A DNA stretch of 63,031 bases, counting the filler, from Perkinsus chesapeaki ATCC PRA-425 (taxonomy: Eukaryota > Protista > Perkinsozoa): NCBI GenBank assembly GCA_013115145.1. It is 6 parts of 6 records of this genome, joined end to end, with 100 filler letters (N's around TTAATTAATTAA, not from the genome) between each part and the next. Parts side by side here need not be neighbours in the genome. Positions count along the whole stretch, not along the records: positions 41,327 to 61,548 come from JAAPAO010000621.1; positions 61,649 to 63,031 come from JAAPAO010001997.1; 4 more parts are not named here. The stretch is one strand, 5' to 3'. Position 1 is the first letter of the stretch. The number at the start of each line of letters is the position of its first letter. Made by a program: the position numbers and the translations under genes. The notes beneath the pieces are model-generated. The model did not search any database and was not told where the DNA came from. It saw nothing but the letters and a program-made list of their open reading frames with translations. Shown here piece after piece: positions 60,588 through 63,031 of this stretch.

Positions 60588-61160
60588 TCACTGCTGTAGT
60601 AGGAAGTCTCCTACATAAAATAGAAGGTCTCGTAGCTCTTTTCCACGTGCTCTAGTCATTGAGCGCATAGAAGGCCTTACGTAGATTAGGTTACCAATTT
60701 CAACATCAAGGGTGGCCTTGTCGATGTTGTCAGTGATCTTCGTAAGCACTCCTTCTTGAATGACGTCCATGGGTTGCAGGTTGACCTTGTTCTCATCCGT
60801 ATGGCTCCCAACGACTCGTGCTACTCCAGTGTAACCTTCGTCAATAACCATCACTATAGAGTCGTTCATAGGACCAGTAGTAATAAATTAACCAAACGTA
60901 TGTCGAGTTGAAGTTCCAATAATATCACGTAGCTCATCACGACGTGTAGATAGGGGTTTTGGAAGGGAAGTACAGGTTCTCCTCCGTGTGGGGCGGCTTG
61001 AGGGGACATTAGTAATATCCTTCTTGGGGATGGTGTCGTTATTAGTGTCATCTTCCTCAGCAGCTCGTTCATTGGGAGTAGAATACACATCGATGCTTGA
61101 ATTTACTGCGCGATGCGGTGATCTGGAATCATAGGCGAAAGCAAATTCCCAGTTGGCCAA
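60588..61160 (-). pseudogene. Pol/integrase C-terminal remnant of an older retroelement (Y)
   Basis: Two ORFs in one frame separated by TAA at 60888. Loosely resembles the C-terminal domain of element Z; lies in DNA interrupted by Z. Confidence 0.4.
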
Positions 61161-61548
61161 ATATCCTTAACCTAGTTCACTAGGCAAGCGCCCGCACAAG
61201 GGACTCAGCACGGGATATTCTTGCCGAAGGCAAGAATTTTCTTACGCATGGTTCGGCTGCTGGGCGAGCGAGATATGAAATTCCGTCATACTCCGCCGCG
61301 CAAAATGATGATGGAGACATAATGATCGCTGAGTTTGATATTGTTGAATTTTGTTGTTAATGACAATGCGTAGAAGTAGGCAGGTATGATTATTAAATGA
61401 GACTATTCTGAATTAGGTGGTACAAAATGGTATACTACCAATGGTGGTTATAATGGGGATATATATAGAATAGAGAATTGTAGATGCATGACGTTTGTAT
61501 ATCTGTGATACTTCGCTTCGCTCATGCGAGCGCGGTTTCATTTCCGTT

Positions 61549-61648
61549 NNNNNNNNNNNNNNNNNNNNNNNNNNNNNNNNNNNNNNNNNNNNTTAATTAA
61601 TTAANNNNNNNNNNNNNNNNNNNNNNNNNNNNNNNNNNNNNNNNNNNN
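61549..61648. other. Artificial contig linker
   Basis: N/TTAATTAATTAA/N, 100 bp. Confidence 0.98.
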
Positions 61649-63031
61649 TTATTATATCTTGTATTTATTAATATATTATGTAATGATATAATTTATAGTT
61701 TATTTATATCTTGTATTACCTTAATATTATATTTAATCTAGTGTATATAGTATCAATGATAATATATCTTATATTTAACTATAATTTATTTATATATTAT
61801 TAATAGTATATTATAAGCTATAATTACTATAACTAGATATTAATATATAATGTCTATATTACAATAGCTAGATATCTATTATTAATAAATATATATTTAA
61901 ACCAGATATTATAGTATTAGATATATAGATATAATATATTATATAAAATATGTATAATCTGATAAATGTAATAAATATCTATTAATTTAATGTATTATAT
62001 ATCATATATTAGTATTATAATTATTATTGATAACTATATATATCATAATCTGTATTATAAACTTATATATTAATTAGTATATTTATATATATATAGATTT
62101 AACTATTAGTAATATATTCTATATCCTTTATCTTATATTTATATATTGTTATAGATCTATAAATATATTATTAGATTATATATACATATTACTGGATATT
62201 TATAATGTAAATCTAATGATTATTATTAATATATTATATAAGCTGGCATATGAATAAATATAATAATACAATTAATACATAATAATATGTAATGCCAGCT
62301 ATCTATTTAATTAATATATATACAATTATTACATTATAACCAGAAGTATATATATAAAATATTGTATTATATAAGAATATGATAGATTATGACCTTATTA
62401 ATTAGTTATATTTATAATCACATTGAATATATTAATAATTATTAATAACACTATATTTATATTATAAACTAGATATTCCTATTATTTATTATAAACTATA
62501 TAGATAGACTTATTATAATATGTATTATTAGTAAATTATACACTATTGGTTAATATCATAATTAATGCTGGATAATACTAATACTAAATACAGATAATTA
62601 TATAAAATATAGATATAACCTTATAGAAATATATAATTAGGTAATATTATGAATATATATAGATTTATTTAATAAAGTATTATGTGTTTATATATATAAT
62701 TATAGTATTATATGGGCCTTATATTATATTACCTATAGATCTTTATTATAATATATTCCAACTATTAATAATTTATATATAGTTTTAGTGCACTGTAATA
62801 ATAGATTGGATATATGCCTGTATTTTATCCCTATGGATTTATATAGATTTATAATAGATAATATTTGTATATATATATTTATACCAGCACATATAGAGAT
62901 ATATTTATTATTAATGAAGTGCTGGTAATTTATATATTATTTTTATATGCAGTGCTTTATTATTAATTTATTGTATATTTATATATCTATTAGCACTGCA
63001 TTTATATATTATTATAGCACTGGATAAATAC
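61649..63031. other. Extremely AT-rich contig, probable mitochondrial DNA or NUMT
   Basis: Roughly 85-90% AT by eye, no ORF of 60 aa or more, several GC-clamped inverted repeats. Confidence 0.6.

Noticed and set aside
62340-62357. PEVYI as a cox1 HPEVY motif
   Set aside because: No His, flanked by in-frame TAA, and no other cox1 motifs nearby; cannot be called without frameshift-aware alignment.

Overview
Eukaryotic, intron-rich alveolate DNA, most consistent with Perkinsus (probably P. marinus). This is an inference from gene content: nuclear sufB, a secreted subtilisin, short GT-AG introns and AT-rich organelle-like DNA. The window is not contiguous biology. It is six contigs joined by five 100-bp N/TTAATTAATTAA/N linkers, so adjacency across gaps means nothing. 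Contig 1 (1-18635) is a compact gene run: PEX11 and PEX4 head-to-head, guanylate kinase, a divergent ORC3, VPS18, a coiled-coil protein and a 26-bp minisatellite. Contig 2 (18736-37933) holds two tandem bacterial-type cyclophilins (one apparently membrane-anchored), TRM8, an intronless subtilisin, a gene-poor pseudogene zone with long perfect hairpins, and a 15-bp satellite with a 165-bp higher-order repeat. Contigs 3-4 are small and include a Cys-rich peptide-like ORF. Contig 5 (41327-61548) starts with an AT-rich block (NUS1-like, SMYD-like SET, a small 4-exon mitochondrial-type gene missed by the ORF track, nuclear sufB with a long leader). It continues as a nested transposon cluster: a MITE, a gag-protease frame interrupted only by TGA codons, and a complete young LTR retrotransposon with identical LTRs, a CCCH-finger Gag and a YYDD RT. 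Contig 6 (61649-63031) is extremely AT-rich, probably mitochondrial, with regularly spaced GC-clamped stem-loops. Exon structures were derived by hand; no database searches were run.
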